The position numbers and the translations under genes are program-made. The notes under the pieces are model-generated. The model was not told the DNA's origin and ran no database searches. It saw nothing but the letters and a program-made list of their open reading frames with translations. A stretch of DNA of 64,000 nt from Candidatus Woesearchaeota archaeon (GTDB lineage Archaea; Nanobdellota; Nanobdellia; Pacearchaeales; GW2011-AR1), in contig CAZJPE010000002.1 in the NCBI GenBank assembly GCA_964547875.1, forward strand, positions 42,130 to 106,129. Reading direction: 5' to 3'. How positions within the stretch are numbered: the first letter of the stretch is position 1; each line of letters begins with the position of its first letter. Shown in pieces: positions 1 through 10,603 of the stretch.

Positions 1-220
1 AAAAAGAGTTTTTGTTAAAACTAAAATTGAAGATAAGGATAAGTTATTTATAGAAGTCGGAGCAGGAGTTGTTGTTAAAAAAAGCCCGAAGGATGCCTTG
101 AAGATTATTGAAAAGCAGATTTCTAGGTTAAAAGAGGCAGGTTTGCAAATTGCTTCTCAATTAGAGAGCTATCGTGGGCAATTAGAGGAATTTCTTAGGG
201 AGATTCAAGTTGGAGACTAA
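1..220 (+). CDS. pfdA: Prefoldin alpha subunit (3' part, truncated by window edge)
   Basis: Frame starting at nt 2 reads ...KLFIEVGAGVVVKKSPKDALKIIEKQISRL...; the VGAG beta-hairpin followed by a coiled coil is typical of prefoldin alpha. Stop TAA at 218-220. Not in the ORF track. Confidence 0.85.
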   Translation, partial: KRVFVKTKIEDKDKLFIEVGAGVVVKKSPKDALKIIEKQISRLKEAGLQIASQLESYRGQLEEFLREIQVGD

Positions 221-274
221 GAAAACTATTTAAGCAATTAGTGTTTTGCTATAATTTATTAATAGAGGTAAAAA

Positions 275-1132
275 ATGCTAGAGATGCTTATTAATCCACG
301 CAAGGCAGAGAGGAGAGTATGGGAGCTGTTTTTTGTCGGGGCTTTTTATGCGAGCTTGTCGATATTATTAGTTAACTGGATATTCTCGCAAGATGCGGTT
401 TTATCAAGATATTCTGGGATATTAGTTGTTACATTTACTGTCATGCTATCAATGCCTTTTGTGTATTATACAATCAGACTAGAGGAAAAAAAGATAACAG
501 AAACAACTGGGACAATAGCTCTGCTTAAGGAGCATAAGAAAGCAATTTATGCATTTTTATGGCTTTTCTTTGGTTTTGTTATAGCATTGTCTTTTTGGTA
601 TGTTATCTTATCTTCTACGCAGAGCTTTAGGGCGCAGATTGAAACTTATTGCTTAATTAATAGGCCTGCTAATTTTGAAGCATGCGTTAATCAATATGAC
701 ATAAAAGATATATCAACTTCTGTGAGTTTCTTGTCAAATACCGAAAGATTATTTTTAATATTTACTAATAATATATATGTCTTGATTTTTACTTTAATAT
801 TCTCGTTAATATTTGGTGCAGGAGTTATTTTTGTTCTGGCATGGAATGCAAGCGTCATTGCAGCTGCAATAGGAATATTCACAAAATCTGAATTGAGTTT
901 TTTGCCAATTGCACTCATTAGATACATGATACACGGAATTCCTGAAATTGCTTCATACTTCATTGTTGCTTTGGCGGGAGGAATGATTTCAATTGCTGTG
1001 ATAAGGCATGAAACAGGGACACAGAAATTCTGGGATGTTTTACAAGACTCGCTGAATTTAATAATTATAGCAGTTATCGTTCTGTTCTTGGCGGCTTTGG
1101 TTGAGGTTTTTGTTACGCCCTTGTTGTTTTAA
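275..1132 (+). CDS. SpoIIM/DUF95-family membrane protein
   Basis: Multi-TM; IFTNN, HGIPEI and LAALVEVFVTP motifs typical of stage II sporulation protein M family. Confidence 0.8.
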   Translation: MLEMLINPRKAERRVWELFFVGAFYASLSILLVNWIFSQDAVLSRYSGILVVTFTVMLSMPFVYYTIRLEEKKITETTGTIALLKEHKKAIYAFLWLFFGFVIALSFWYVILSSTQSFRAQIETYCLINRPANFEACVNQYDIKDISTSVSFLSNTERLFLIFTNNIYVLIFTLIFSLIFGAGVIFVLAWNASVIAAAIGIFTKSELSFLPIALIRYMIHGIPEIASYFIVALAGGMISIAVIRHETGTQKFWDVLQDSLNLIIIAVIVLFLAALVEVFVTPLLF

Positions 1133-1225
1133 CATTAAGTTTTATGATTTATATTCAATTAGACATTTTTAGGAAAGCTTGTTAAAATTGTCTTTTTAAT
1201 AGACTATCATTTAAAAATTGAAAGA

Positions 1226-1233
1226 TTTATATA
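1226..1233 (+). promoter_or_regulatory. Archaeal TATA box (TTTATATA) with purine-rich BRE-like flank for aglB
   Basis: GAAAGA-TTTATATA, with the box starting 29 nt before ATG 1255; the same offset recurs at many genes in the window. Confidence 0.6.
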
Positions 1234-1254
1234 ACTATACTTTTATATCAATTA

Positions 1255-4011
1255 ATGGAAGAAAATAAAATAGAGGAGAAAGAAAAAGAGTTTATTGCGG
1301 ATAAATCTGAAAAACTTGGAGATAAAACTGAGAGGACAAATTTAGGAGAGGAAGAGCTTATTAAAATAAGAAAGGAAAAAATTATTAAATTTTTTAAAAC
1401 GAGATATAACTGGATAGTTTACATAATTTTAGCATGGATTGTTTGGATTGCCGTCAGGATTAGGACGCGAAATTTAGACAGGTTGAGAGATATTACAACT
1501 GGGACATGGACGCTTGGGCCTGACTTGGATCCTTTCCTATTTTTAAGATGGGCAAAATATATTGTTGAGAACGGAACTTTATATGCTGTTGATACAATGA
1601 GATATGTTCCTTTTGGCTTTAGAACAGATAGCGAGCTTCTCTTTCATCCTTATTTGATGGCATGGTTTCATAAAATAGCCTTGTTTTTTGGGAGTGAATC
1701 TGTCACACATTCTGCCGTTTTGTATCCTGTGTTTATGTTTGCTCTTACAGTTATTGCATTTTTTTTATTTACTAGAAAGATATTTTTAGAGAGAGAAGGC
1801 GTATTAAAATCAAACTTTATTGCACTTGTTTCCTCTTTTTTCCTAACTGTATTTCCTATTTTTCTTCCTAGAACAATAGCCGGAATTCCTGAGAAGGAAT
1901 CTGCTGCATTTTTATTTATGTTCCTCGCATTTTATTTCTTTCTGGGAGCGTGGAATGCAAAAAAATTTAAAAACGGGATTTTTTTGGCGATATTAGCCGG
2001 CGCTTCAACTGCAGGAATGGCTTTAATCTGGGGTGGATATGCCTTTATATTTTATACTTTATTTGTAGCAACTTTTATCGCTTTTATATTGGGCATGTTC
2101 GATAAGAATAAGCTATATATTTACGCGACATGGATTTTATCTTCTTTTAGTTTAATGTTTCCTTTTTCAAGCAGATATCCGATAAAGAGCTTATTGGCTA
2201 ATTATGTGGTAGGCGTTCTTTTCATAGTTTTAGTAGATTTTTTAATATTTAATACAAATATAAAAAATTACATATCGAAGAAATTTTCTAAAATCCCGCC
2301 TCGAATAATGAGTCTTATTGTAGGAATTGTGCTTCTAGTTATTATTAGTTCAATTTTCTTCGGATTGAATTATTTTCCATCTCAAATAAAAGGTATTATT
2401 TCAAATCTTTCTCCTACAACTTCTAGAATTATTCAAACTGTTGCGGAAAACAAGCCTCCGTTTTTTGTTGAATGGGTTGGAAGTTTCGGACCAATTTTTA
2501 GAGGTATTCCAATTGTATTCTGGATATTTTTCATAGGTTCAATTTATCTCTTTTATAGAATTATTGGTATATTAAATAAAAAAGAAAGATGGGTAATGAC
2601 TATTGCCTATATAATATTTATATTGGCTCTAATATTTAGCAGATATTCTGGAAATAGCACTTTTAATGGTATAAATAAGGCAAGTTCGACTTTTCTATTC
2701 TCTGGTTTTATAATTATTTTAGGATCAATGTCATATTATTATTATCAATATTTCAAAAGGGGAGAGGAAAATAAATTTAAACAAATAGAATTGGGATACA
2801 TAATCCTGTTTGCATTTCTATTCTTAAGTCTTATTGCGGCCAGGGGGGCTATTAGATTAGTAATGATGCTGGTTCCCCCTATATCCATCATAGTTTCTTT
2901 TTTTGTCGTAGTTGGATTAAGCGAGGCAAAAAAATTAAAGGACAATATAAAACGAATAATAACTTTAATTTTTGTAGGAATAATAGTTATTGGAACTATA
3001 TTTTCAGGATATCAATTCTATAAGCAAATTAATGGGGAAGCAGCAGGTTATGCTCCTTCGGTTTACACCCAACAATGGCAGAAAGCCATGGCTTGGGTAA
3101 GAGAAAATACGCAGAAAGACGCCGTATTTGGACACTGGTGGGATTATGGTTATTGGTTACAATCAATAGGAGAGAGAGCAACTGTTTTAGATGGAGGCAA
3201 TGCGCAAGGCTATTGGAATCATTTAATGGGAAGACATGCTCTTACCGGAACAAATGATAGAGATGCTATTGAATTCCTTTATGCTCATAATACTACGCAT
3301 TTCTTGATAGATTCTAGTGATATAGGAAAATATACTGCTTTTTCCAGTATAGGTTCTGACGCAAAATATGATAGAGTTAGCTGGCTAAGTACTTTTTCAA
3401 AAGATAAAAACCAGATTGCAGAGACAAAGAACTCAACCATTTTTTTATATTCTGGAGGAACTAATTTGGATGAGGATATAATACATGAAGAGAACGATAC
3501 TAAAATATTCTTGCCAGGTGGAAAATCCGGCATAGGAGCGATACTTATAGAAAGAGACGCTTCTGGGAAGATTATTAGAAATCCAATTGGCATTTTCATT
3601 TATCAAAACCAGCAATATAGGCTGCCTTTGAGATATGCTTATTACAATGGGCAATTCTTTGATTTTGGCTCTGGGTATGAGGCAGGCATATTTATATTGC
3701 CTGTTGCATCTGAAAATGGCGTTATCGAGATAGATGGTGCACTTATATACCTGTCAAGAAGAACTGTAAAATCGCAACTTGCGCGCTTATATCTATACAA
3801 TGAAGATAATCCCTACTTTAAGCTTGCGCATAGTGAAGATGATTTTGTTGTTGCACAGATTAAAGCACAAAATCCTAATTTCGGAGATTTTGTTTTCTTC
3901 CAAGGTCTTAGAGGACCTATAAGAATATGGGAGATTGATTATCCAGAAGATATAGAATTTAAAGAGGAGTACATAAGCACTAAATATCCTGAAGAGCTTG
4001 AGATTTCATAA
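1255..4011 (+). CDS. aglB: Oligosaccharyltransferase AglB (STT3 family)
   Basis: Many TMs; DLDP loop, TVAE (TIXE-like) motif, WWDYG motif, DIGK (DK motif). Confidence 0.95.
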   Translation: MEENKIEEKEKEFIADKSEKLGDKTERTNLGEEELIKIRKEKIIKFFKTRYNWIVYIILAWIVWIAVRIRTRNLDRLRDITTGTWTLGPDLDPFLFLRWAKYIVENGTLYAVDTMRYVPFGFRTDSELLFHPYLMAWFHKIALFFGSESVTHSAVLYPVFMFALTVIAFFLFTRKIFLEREGVLKSNFIALVSSFFLTVFPIFLPRTIAGIPEKESAAFLFMFLAFYFFLGAWNAKKFKNGIFLAILAGASTAGMALIWGGYAFIFYTLFVATFIAFILGMFDKNKLYIYATWILSSFSLMFPFSSRYPIKSLLANYVVGVLFIVLVDFLIFNTNIKNYISKKFSKIPPRIMSLIVGIVLLVIISSIFFGLNYFPSQIKGIISNLSPTTSRIIQTVAENKPPFFVEWVGSFGPIFRGIPIVFWIFFIGSIYLFYRIIGILNKKERWVMTIAYIIFILALIFSRYSGNSTFNGINKASSTFLFSGFIIILGSMSYYYYQYFKRGEENKFKQIELGYIILFAFLFLSLIAARGAIRLVMMLVPPISIIVSFFVVVGLSEAKKLKDNIKRIITLIFVGIIVIGTIFSGYQFYKQINGEAAGYAPSVYTQQWQKAMAWVRENTQKDAVFGHWWDYGYWLQSIGERATVLDGGNAQGYWNHLMGRHALTGTNDRDAIEFLYAHNTTHFLIDSSDIGKYTAFSSIGSDAKYDRVSWLSTFSKDKNQIAETKNSTIFLYSGGTNLDEDIIHEENDTKIFLPGGKSGIGAILIERDASGKIIRNPIGIFIYQNQQYRLPLRYAYYNGQFFDFGSGYEAGIFILPVASENGVIEIDGALIYLSRRTVKSQLARLYLYNEDNPYFKLAHSEDDFVVAQIKAQNPNFGDFVFFQGLRGPIRIWEIDYPEDIEFKEEYISTKYPEELEIS

Positions 4012-5027
4012 TGGTATCTAATATTCTATTAATCCCTGTGTTGGCAAGCTTTTTTGTAACTTTGTTCTTAGTCCCTTTTTGGATTAGAAAGGCTAGGCAG
4101 ATAGGGCTTGTGTGGGATGATATGAACAAAATTTTTGCTGAAAAGGTAGCTGGTTCTGGAGGCATTATGGCTGTTTTAGGATTTATTATTGGCATATTAT
4201 TATACATTGCCTATATAATATTTATATTAAAAAGTCGAAATTCGCATCTAATAGAGATACTTGCAATGTTAAGTGTTATCTTGCTTTTGGCGGGGGTGTC
4301 TTTTATTGATGATTTATTGGGATGGCGGCATGGGGGTTTATCCAGAAGGTCGAGAATTATTCTTGCTGCTTTCGCTGCTATTCCTTTAATGGCGATTAAT
4401 GCGGGGAAGAGCGTAATATCTATTCCTTTCCTTGGAAAAATTGATTTAGGCATTTTTTATCCGCTTATCATTATTCCGATTGGTATTATTGGGGCGACAA
4501 CTACATTTAATTTTTTAGCAGGCTTTAATGGCTTGGAAGCGGGGCAGGGCATTATTTTATTATCTGCGATTGCTTTAGTTGCTTTTTTTACTGGGAATCC
4601 CTGGCTTTCTATTATCGCTCTATGCATGATTGCTTCTCTTGTTGCTTTTCTATTTTATAATTTTTATCCTGCGAGAGTTTTTCCAGGCAATTCTTTGACA
4701 TATGCTGTTGGGGGATTGATTGCGATGATGGCTATTCTTGGAAATTTTGAAAAGATAGCTGTTTTCTTTTTTATTCCTTATATTATAGAAACTATTTTGA
4801 AATTGAGAGGGAAATTAAAAAAACAAAGCTTTGGTAAGCCATTGGAAGATGGAAGCCTGGATTTGAGATATAACAAAATTTATGGCCTGGAGCATTTTGC
4901 TGTCTATCTAATGAAGAAATTTGATGTGAAGCCAACAGAGAAAAGAGTTGTTTATTCTATTTGGATTTTTCAGATTATTATAATATTAATTGGATTATTT
5001 ATATTTAGAGAGGGCATTTTCAGATAA
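4011..5027 (+). CDS. aglH: UDP-GlcNAc:dolichyl-phosphate GlcNAc-1-phosphate transferase (MraY/GPT family, AglH-like)
   Basis: FIDD, NFLAGFNGLE, YNFYPARVFPGN motifs; TAATG-coupled to aglB. Confidence 0.85.
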   Translation: MVSNILLIPVLASFFVTLFLVPFWIRKARQIGLVWDDMNKIFAEKVAGSGGIMAVLGFIIGILLYIAYIIFILKSRNSHLIEILAMLSVILLLAGVSFIDDLLGWRHGGLSRRSRIILAAFAAIPLMAINAGKSVISIPFLGKIDLGIFYPLIIIPIGIIGATTTFNFLAGFNGLEAGQGIILLSAIALVAFFTGNPWLSIIALCMIASLVAFLFYNFYPARVFPGNSLTYAVGGLIAMMAILGNFEKIAVFFFIPYIIETILKLRGKLKKQSFGKPLEDGSLDLRYNKIYGLEHFAVYLMKKFDVKPTEKRVVYSIWIFQIIIILIGLFIFREGIFR

Positions 5028-6232
5028 TGTTAAAGATAAACAAAAACCTAGTAAAGGGAAGTTTTATTTTATTGATAGCGTTTGGGTTATTTAATTTCTT
5101 TCAGTTTTTGTTTCAGCTTTTCATGGCCCGCATGCTTAGTGTCTCTGATTATGGGATATTGGCGAGCTTATTTGCCATCATCTACATTTTTCTTATATTT
5201 ACTGAATCTGTCCAGACAATTATGACAAAGTATTCTGCCAGCGAAAATAATAAAGGCAAATTGAAAAGTCTTCTTAAAAAGGCGTCGCATAAGGCTTTTT
5301 TTGTTGCATTGTATCTATTTGTTTTTTATATTATTCTCGCAATTCCTCTATCTTTTATATTAAGGATAGATTATTCTTTGCTAATTCTCAATGGATTGAT
5401 TATATTCATTGCCTTTTTTATGCCTATAAACCGAGGGTTGATGCAGGGGAAAGAGAGATTTAAATCGCTTGGCTTAAATTTAATTATCGAGGCTATTGGA
5501 AAATTAATTTTTGGCGTATTGCTTGTTTATGTCGGATTCAAAGTTTATGGCGCAATAATCGGCGTTGTGCTTGGAGGAATTTTAGCTTTTGCTTTTTCAT
5601 TTTCACAATTGCGCGACATAATAAAGGAGAAAGAAGAAAATGTAAAAACTCTTGGTATTTATGATTATGCCAAACCTGCTTTTATTATAACATCTATGAT
5701 AATTGTTTTTTATAGTTTAGACATGATAATGGCCAGGATTTTCTTTTCTCCCGAAATAGCTGGCTCTTACGCTATTGCTTCTATTCTGGGCAAAATAATT
5801 CTCTGGGGGACATTGCCTATAAGCAAGGCAATGTTTCCTATGTCTGCAGACATTGGGAATAGAAAGAAAGCTGGAAATGTATTTGCAAACGCATTAGCTA
5901 TTCTTCTATTAGGGATAGTTGCGATACTTATAATATTTTACTTATTCCCTAATTTTATAATAAAAATATTCTCCGGAAAGATAGTTCCTGAAGCAATATC
6001 AATTTTATTTTATCTGGGCATAGCATTTAGTTTTATTGCTCTGGCAAATTTGATTTTATTATATAAATTATCCTTGGGAAGAGTTAAGGGCTATGCTTAT
6101 TTAATTATCTTTGTAATTATTGAAATATTTCTATTGTGGTTTTTTTCAGGGAATTTATTTCAGTTTTCAGTTGCATTTATTACAGCTTCTGCTGCTTTTC
6201 TTTGGGGAAGTATTGTGCTGATTAGGGATTAA
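5027..6232 (+). CDS. Oligosaccharide flippase (Wzx/MOP superfamily)
   Basis: ~12 TMs; ARMLSVSDYG N-terminal motif, AGSYA motif; coupled to aglB-aglH. Confidence 0.85.
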   Translation: MLKINKNLVKGSFILLIAFGLFNFFQFLFQLFMARMLSVSDYGILASLFAIIYIFLIFTESVQTIMTKYSASENNKGKLKSLLKKASHKAFFVALYLFVFYIILAIPLSFILRIDYSLLILNGLIIFIAFFMPINRGLMQGKERFKSLGLNLIIEAIGKLIFGVLLVYVGFKVYGAIIGVVLGGILAFAFSFSQLRDIIKEKEENVKTLGIYDYAKPAFIITSMIIVFYSLDMIMARIFFSPEIAGSYAIASILGKIILWGTLPISKAMFPMSADIGNRKKAGNVFANALAILLLGIVAILIIFYLFPNFIIKIFSGKIVPEAISILFYLGIAFSFIALANLILLYKLSLGRVKGYAYLIIFVIIEIFLLWFFSGNLFQFSVAFITASAAFLWGSIVLIRD

Positions 6233-6495
6233 TCTGTTTCTTCTATAAAATTTTCTATTTCTTTTTTCTTTTTAATATTCAAAGAAACTTCCAGACCATA
6301 ATGAGTAGGTTTTGACATTAAGAGCCCTTCTTTAAGTAAATCGTTCATTACTTTCTTGACCTCTTTTTTAGTTCTTAAATAAACTGGAAGGCCCTTTCTT
6401 AAATTATGTATACTTGTATGCTTATGCACCCAAATTCTATGTCTTACTAATTTTCTTAAGACGAATCTTTTAATATCATCTTCTATATTGTCCAT
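6229..6495 (-). CDS. Small basic hypothetical protein, probable winged-helix fold
   Basis: 88 aa; HKHTSIHNLRKGLP...LLKEGLLMSKPTHYGLEVSLN resembles small wHTH-like proteins of DPANN archaea. Confidence 0.55.
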   Translation of the reverse strand: MDNIEDDIKRFVLRKLVRHRIWVHKHTSIHNLRKGLPVYLRTKKEVKKVMNDLLKEGLLMSKPTHYGLEVSLNIKKKKEIENFIEETD

Positions 6496-6620
6496 ATAGC
6501 ATAAAATAGATAACCATTTATATTATTTTCTTTAAATAACTCCAATTTGATAATTGCTAAAATATAAATCTAGTATTAGAAAATAGAAATATTTATAAAT
6601 TCTATCTTATTGAATCGCTT

Positions 6621-6968
6621 ATGGAAGACGAATCTGAGGAACAAGAAATGACAAGCATTTTCGTAGAATATTTTGGTAGCTCGCCCTATGTAAAAATACT
6701 TGATTTTCTAATTCAGGGACAAGATTTTGATTATAGCATGACAGAAGTAGCTAGAGGATCTAAAGTTGGATGGAGTTCGTTTACTAAAATTTGGGATAAA
6801 CTATTAGGAAAGAATATAATAGTTCCTACAAGGAATATAGGAAATGCTAAATTGTTTAAGTTAAATAAAGACAACTACTTTGTACAGAAATTGATTAAAT
6901 TTGATTGGGAATTAACGAAAGCCGTAACAGAAAAATTAGATAGAGATGAAATTGAAGTTGGGAATTGA
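6621..6968 (+). CDS. Winged helix-turn-helix DNA-binding protein
   Basis: KILDFLI...DYSMTEVARGSKVGW...PTRNIGNAKLFKLN pattern; TTTATAAA at -29. Confidence 0.75.
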   Translation: MEDESEEQEMTSIFVEYFGSSPYVKILDFLIQGQDFDYSMTEVARGSKVGWSSFTKIWDKLLGKNIIVPTRNIGNAKLFKLNKDNYFVQKLIKFDWELTKAVTEKLDRDEIEVGN

Positions 6969-6980
6969 CTTTATTGATTT

Positions 6981-7919
6981 TTAGCAGTTACTATTGTAGA
7001 AAATGACAAATTTGGGGATAGTTATTTTTCTAATTATCTTTTCTATAATTATCTCAATTATTATTCCAACAATTGCTACAATTGCTACAATTATTATTCC
7101 AACTAATGCTGAGATGATATCGCTAAAAATTTCTCTTAAATAAGACAATAGTCTACTTTCCCTTTTGTTATAATATAAAGAAAATCTAGTATGACCAACA
7201 CCTTCATGCCAATTAGTAGAAGTTTGTTTTATTGCTATGCCAATTTTATTATCTCCTTTAATAAGTTGTAATTCTTCATTTCTTAATTCATAGCAAGGCT
7301 CGTCTGTACAAGAATATCTATTACCTAAATTAAATTTAAATAAAGTTCCTCTTTCTTCTCCTTTTCTTACTTGAATTTTACCTACGGGCATAAATTCAAA
7401 TTGTGCATTAGGGTATAATCTCCCTTCGAGAGATATATTTACAAAAGTTCTATCTTCAAAATTATCATTTAATCTTGTCAGAATAATATTTGAATAATTA
7501 TAATCTCTCCAAACCGAAAAATCTCCAATTTCTATTTTATAATCTATTTTTTCAGTATATTCTAGATAATCTTGATTATCAATATAATATTTACTATTCC
7601 AACTAATATCTTTTAATTCTAATTCATTAGGGATTCTTAATATAAGATTTCCTACTTGATTCGTGCCAGCAATATAAAAATTTATAGATCCCATATCTTC
7701 ATCAAAATCGTAATAAATCTGAAAATCTTGTAATTGTGGATTACTTAATAAGTCTCTTCTTGATGGGTCTATCTCAACTTCAAAATAATAATTATAATCT
7801 TCTAATGACTTATTGTTTTTATTGTCTAGATAAATAATGACTATTGATGATAATAAAAGAATTAATATTGATATAATTATTCTAAAAATTATTCTAAATC
7901 CTTTTAATTTTTTTACCAT
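6981..7919 (-). CDS. Hypothetical membrane-anchored protein (N- and C-terminal TM, extracellular middle domain)
   Basis: 312-aa ORF with hydrophobic ends; very AT-rich. Confidence 0.6.
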   Translation of the reverse strand: MVKKLKGFRIIFRIIISILILLLSSIVIIYLDNKNNKSLEDYNYYFEVEIDPSRRDLLSNPQLQDFQIYYDFDEDMGSINFYIAGTNQVGNLILRIPNELELKDISWNSKYYIDNQDYLEYTEKIDYKIEIGDFSVWRDYNYSNIILTRLNDNFEDRTFVNISLEGRLYPNAQFEFMPVGKIQVRKGEERGTLFKFNLGNRYSCTDEPCYELRNEELQLIKGDNKIGIAIKQTSTNWHEGVGHTRFSLYYNKRESRLLSYLREIFSDIISALVGIIIVAIVAIVGIIIEIIIEKIIRKITIPKFVIFYNSNC

Positions 7920-7948
7920 TTTATTATATATATTTGGAATTTAAATAA

Positions 7949-8650
7949 TTAATCCTTAAATTTCCAATAAATCAAAGTCCAAATGGCTTGCAAGCCGTCT
8001 TTCCAGTTGATTTTCTTGCCTTCTGCTATGCTTCTTGGATTGTATGAGATTGGAATTTCCTTTATTTTAATCCCTTGTTTTAGAATTCTTGCTGTAATTT
8101 CTGGCTCAAAATTAAATTTATTTGCCCTTATTTCTATGTTTTTTATTATATCGTTTCTAAAAACCTTATAACATGTTTCCATATCTGTTATTCTTGAATT
8201 ATATAGAATTTTTGTCAAAAATGTAAGGAATTTATTTCCTAAAAAATATAATTTATACATTGGCTTGTGCTTTTTTAGAAATCTTGAGCCATAGACAACT
8301 TTGGCTTTTTTTTCTATTATTGGCTTTATTAGTTTTTTAAAATCTTCAGGATTATATTCTAAATCTGCATCTTGGATCGTTATTATATCTCCAATTGCTA
8401 ATTTTATTCCTTCTTTAATTGCAGAGCCCTTGCCTTCATTTTCTTTTGTTTTAAATTTAAATTCTATTTCTTTATTTTTCTTCTGTTTTTTTAAATAAGT
8501 TTCTATTATTTTTTTTGAATTGTCCTTGCTACCGTCATCTATTATTATTATCTCTTTTTTTAGATTTATTCTTAATTTTAATAATTTATTTAGAATCTTT
8601 ATTATTGTTTTTTCTTCGTTGTAAACAGGAACTATTATTGACAATTTCAT
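7949..8650 (-). CDS. GT2 glycosyltransferase, Dol-P-sugar synthase (DPM1-like)
   Basis: IIVPVYNEE, DDGSKD, GKG, QDADLEY, DMETCYK, FEPE motifs. Confidence 0.9.
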   Translation of the reverse strand: MKLSIIVPVYNEEKTIIKILNKLLKLRINLKKEIIIIDDGSKDNSKKIIETYLKKQKKNKEIEFKFKTKENEGKGSAIKEGIKLAIGDIITIQDADLEYNPEDFKKLIKPIIEKKAKVVYGSRFLKKHKPMYKLYFLGNKFLTFLTKILYNSRITDMETCYKVFRNDIIKNIEIRANKFNFEPEITARILKQGIKIKEIPISYNPRSIAEGKKINWKDGLQAIWTLIYWKFKD

Positions 8651-10530
8651 TTTTTAAGTTGAAAGATAACATATAATGGGCTTAAAAATGCAAGGATTAA
8701 CGCAAGGAGAACAATCCAATGCGCAATTTTGTCCAATGATTTATCTAAGAAATTATGCGTTTCGTAATAATCAAATTGCTTTTCTTTTTGCTTATAGCCT
8801 ATATCATATAAAAACCAATTTTTCGGCTGGTTTGCAAAGGCTAATATAGAATCTTTTATTTGTATCTTTGTGCGATATACATTGATAATATCTTCTCTAT
8901 TGTCTTGGGTAAATAACGGATAATATGATTTTCTTTCTATTGGCTCGCTTATTGTTTTTACTAATTCGCCATTTTGTTTAATTTGATCCGTAAGCAATTC
9001 CATAGTTGCATTAAATTCTGGCTGATTTTTTATTGTTCCCCAGCCGCAATCATCTGGGACGCATTCAATAAAATATATGTCTAATTGCATTATAGTCCCT
9101 TGTATTTGATCCTGTGAATTAATAAATTGCACAAATTCTATCCCCTCTAGATAATTTCTACCTTGTGAGAACCAATTTATTCTTCCACGATATATCCTAC
9201 TATCTGCTACTATCAGCGCATTTTCAGGTATATTTGAATCTTTGAATTCAATCAATTGTGCTATGTGGCTTTTGCCATAAGTGTGATAGCTATTTGGGGC
9301 ATAGATATTTCTGATAGTAGGAAGGCCTAATAATATTAGAGACATTATCAATATTAATATTAAAATAATCTTTGTCATATCTTTATTTAAAGAATCTGAT
9401 AATTTAGTTATCATGGTTTTGAGCGAGAATGCTGCTATTGGTATCAGAGAGAGCTCTAAGAAAATATAATGCTTGGGGAGAAGGATAATTGATGCTAGAA
9501 AAGGCAATGCAAAGATTATGCTGACTAAGAAGAACATTAAATAATTAAGATGCTCCTTTCTTTTAAACAAAATAATTATAATCCCTAGAATTCCAAAATA
9601 AAAGACAATTGGGTCATATAGCCTAATAAATAATATGGCTGACAAAAGACTAGGTTCTTTTGAAGCTGAATTTGAAGAATTGCCGAAGAGCAGGCCTTTC
9701 CAATCATTTTTTGCATTAAATTGATGATCCCATGAATAATATTGTGCCGAAGTATTTTTTCCCAAGCCTAAAGTCCTTGAGAATTGCAAGTCCATAAATC
9801 CTTTATCTTTATACAGCAAGTAATTGTGTGTTAGTGCAGGAATTGCAAATATGAATACGCACAACAGAAAAATAGATAATTTCTTTATGTTTTGTTTTGT
9901 TATAATCTGTTTTTTCTCTTTTCTATTGTAATACGCAAAGTAAATTACAAGCGACGGGATGAACAGCAGAGGGTAGACTTTTGTATAAATTGCCAATCCG
10001 AGAAATATTCCGCTAATTGCGAAATTTATTGATTTATTATTTTTTAACGCCCTTATAAAAAGAAAGAAAGACATCAATGCAAAGAACATAGCCATAACAT
10101 CCATTTCTGCGAGAGTATTTTGAATATGAAATGGAGCTACTGCAAGGAGAAAGGCTGAGATTAATGATATTTTCTCGTTGAAGAATTCCTTTGCTAAAAG
10201 ATAGATTACTAAAATAGTCAGCGAGCCGAATAACAAGGCAGCGAATCTTGATGACAGCTGAGTGAATCCTAAAAATTTGTAAATTATGCTTGTAAATGCG
10301 TGCCATAAACCTGACGACTGATCGTATGTTATAAGCCTGTCTGCTGAGAAGAAGTTTATTGCGTGCGTGACATGGTGCATATCGTCTGCAGAGACTGTAA
10401 GATTAATTGCGGCAATTAATCTTAAAATAACGCCTAAAATAAAAATTAAGACTAAAAAAATAGAGGTTTTTTTCATTGAGAAAATTTTATCTATTATTTT
10501 TGAGATTACATCAGCTTTCTTATTTTCCAT
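8647..10530 (-). CDS. GT-C fold membrane glycosyltransferase (PMT/ArnT-like)
   Basis: LRL...ADD acidic loop after TM1, SRFAALLFG, GLAIYTK; multi-TM. Confidence 0.8.
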   Translation of the reverse strand: MENKKADVISKIIDKIFSMKKTSIFLVLIFILGVILRLIAAINLTVSADDMHHVTHAINFFSADRLITYDQSSGLWHAFTSIIYKFLGFTQLSSRFAALLFGSLTILVIYLLAKEFFNEKISLISAFLLAVAPFHIQNTLAEMDVMAMFFALMSFFLFIRALKNNKSINFAISGIFLGLAIYTKVYPLLFIPSLVIYFAYYNRKEKKQIITKQNIKKLSIFLLCVFIFAIPALTHNYLLYKDKGFMDLQFSRTLGLGKNTSAQYYSWDHQFNAKNDWKGLLFGNSSNSASKEPSLLSAILFIRLYDPIVFYFGILGIIIILFKRKEHLNYLMFFLVSIIFALPFLASIILLPKHYIFLELSLIPIAAFSLKTMITKLSDSLNKDMTKIILILILIMSLILLGLPTIRNIYAPNSYHTYGKSHIAQLIEFKDSNIPENALIVADSRIYRGRINWFSQGRNYLEGIEFVQFINSQDQIQGTIMQLDIYFIECVPDDCGWGTIKNQPEFNATMELLTDQIKQNGELVKTISEPIERKSYYPLFTQDNREDIINVYRTKIQIKDSILAFANQPKNWFLYDIGYKQKEKQFDYYETHNFLDKSLDKIAHWIVLLALILAFLSPLYVIFQLKK

Positions 10531-10603
10531 AAAATTATCCGTATTAATTATATATAAATCCTATTGTAGATATTTTTAAAAAAAGACTTTATTTGAGAAA
10601 TTA

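Noticed and set aside
7068..7095. ACAATTGCT tandem repeat
   Set aside because: Only two full copies, encoding IVAIVA in a TM helix; low-complexity coding sequence
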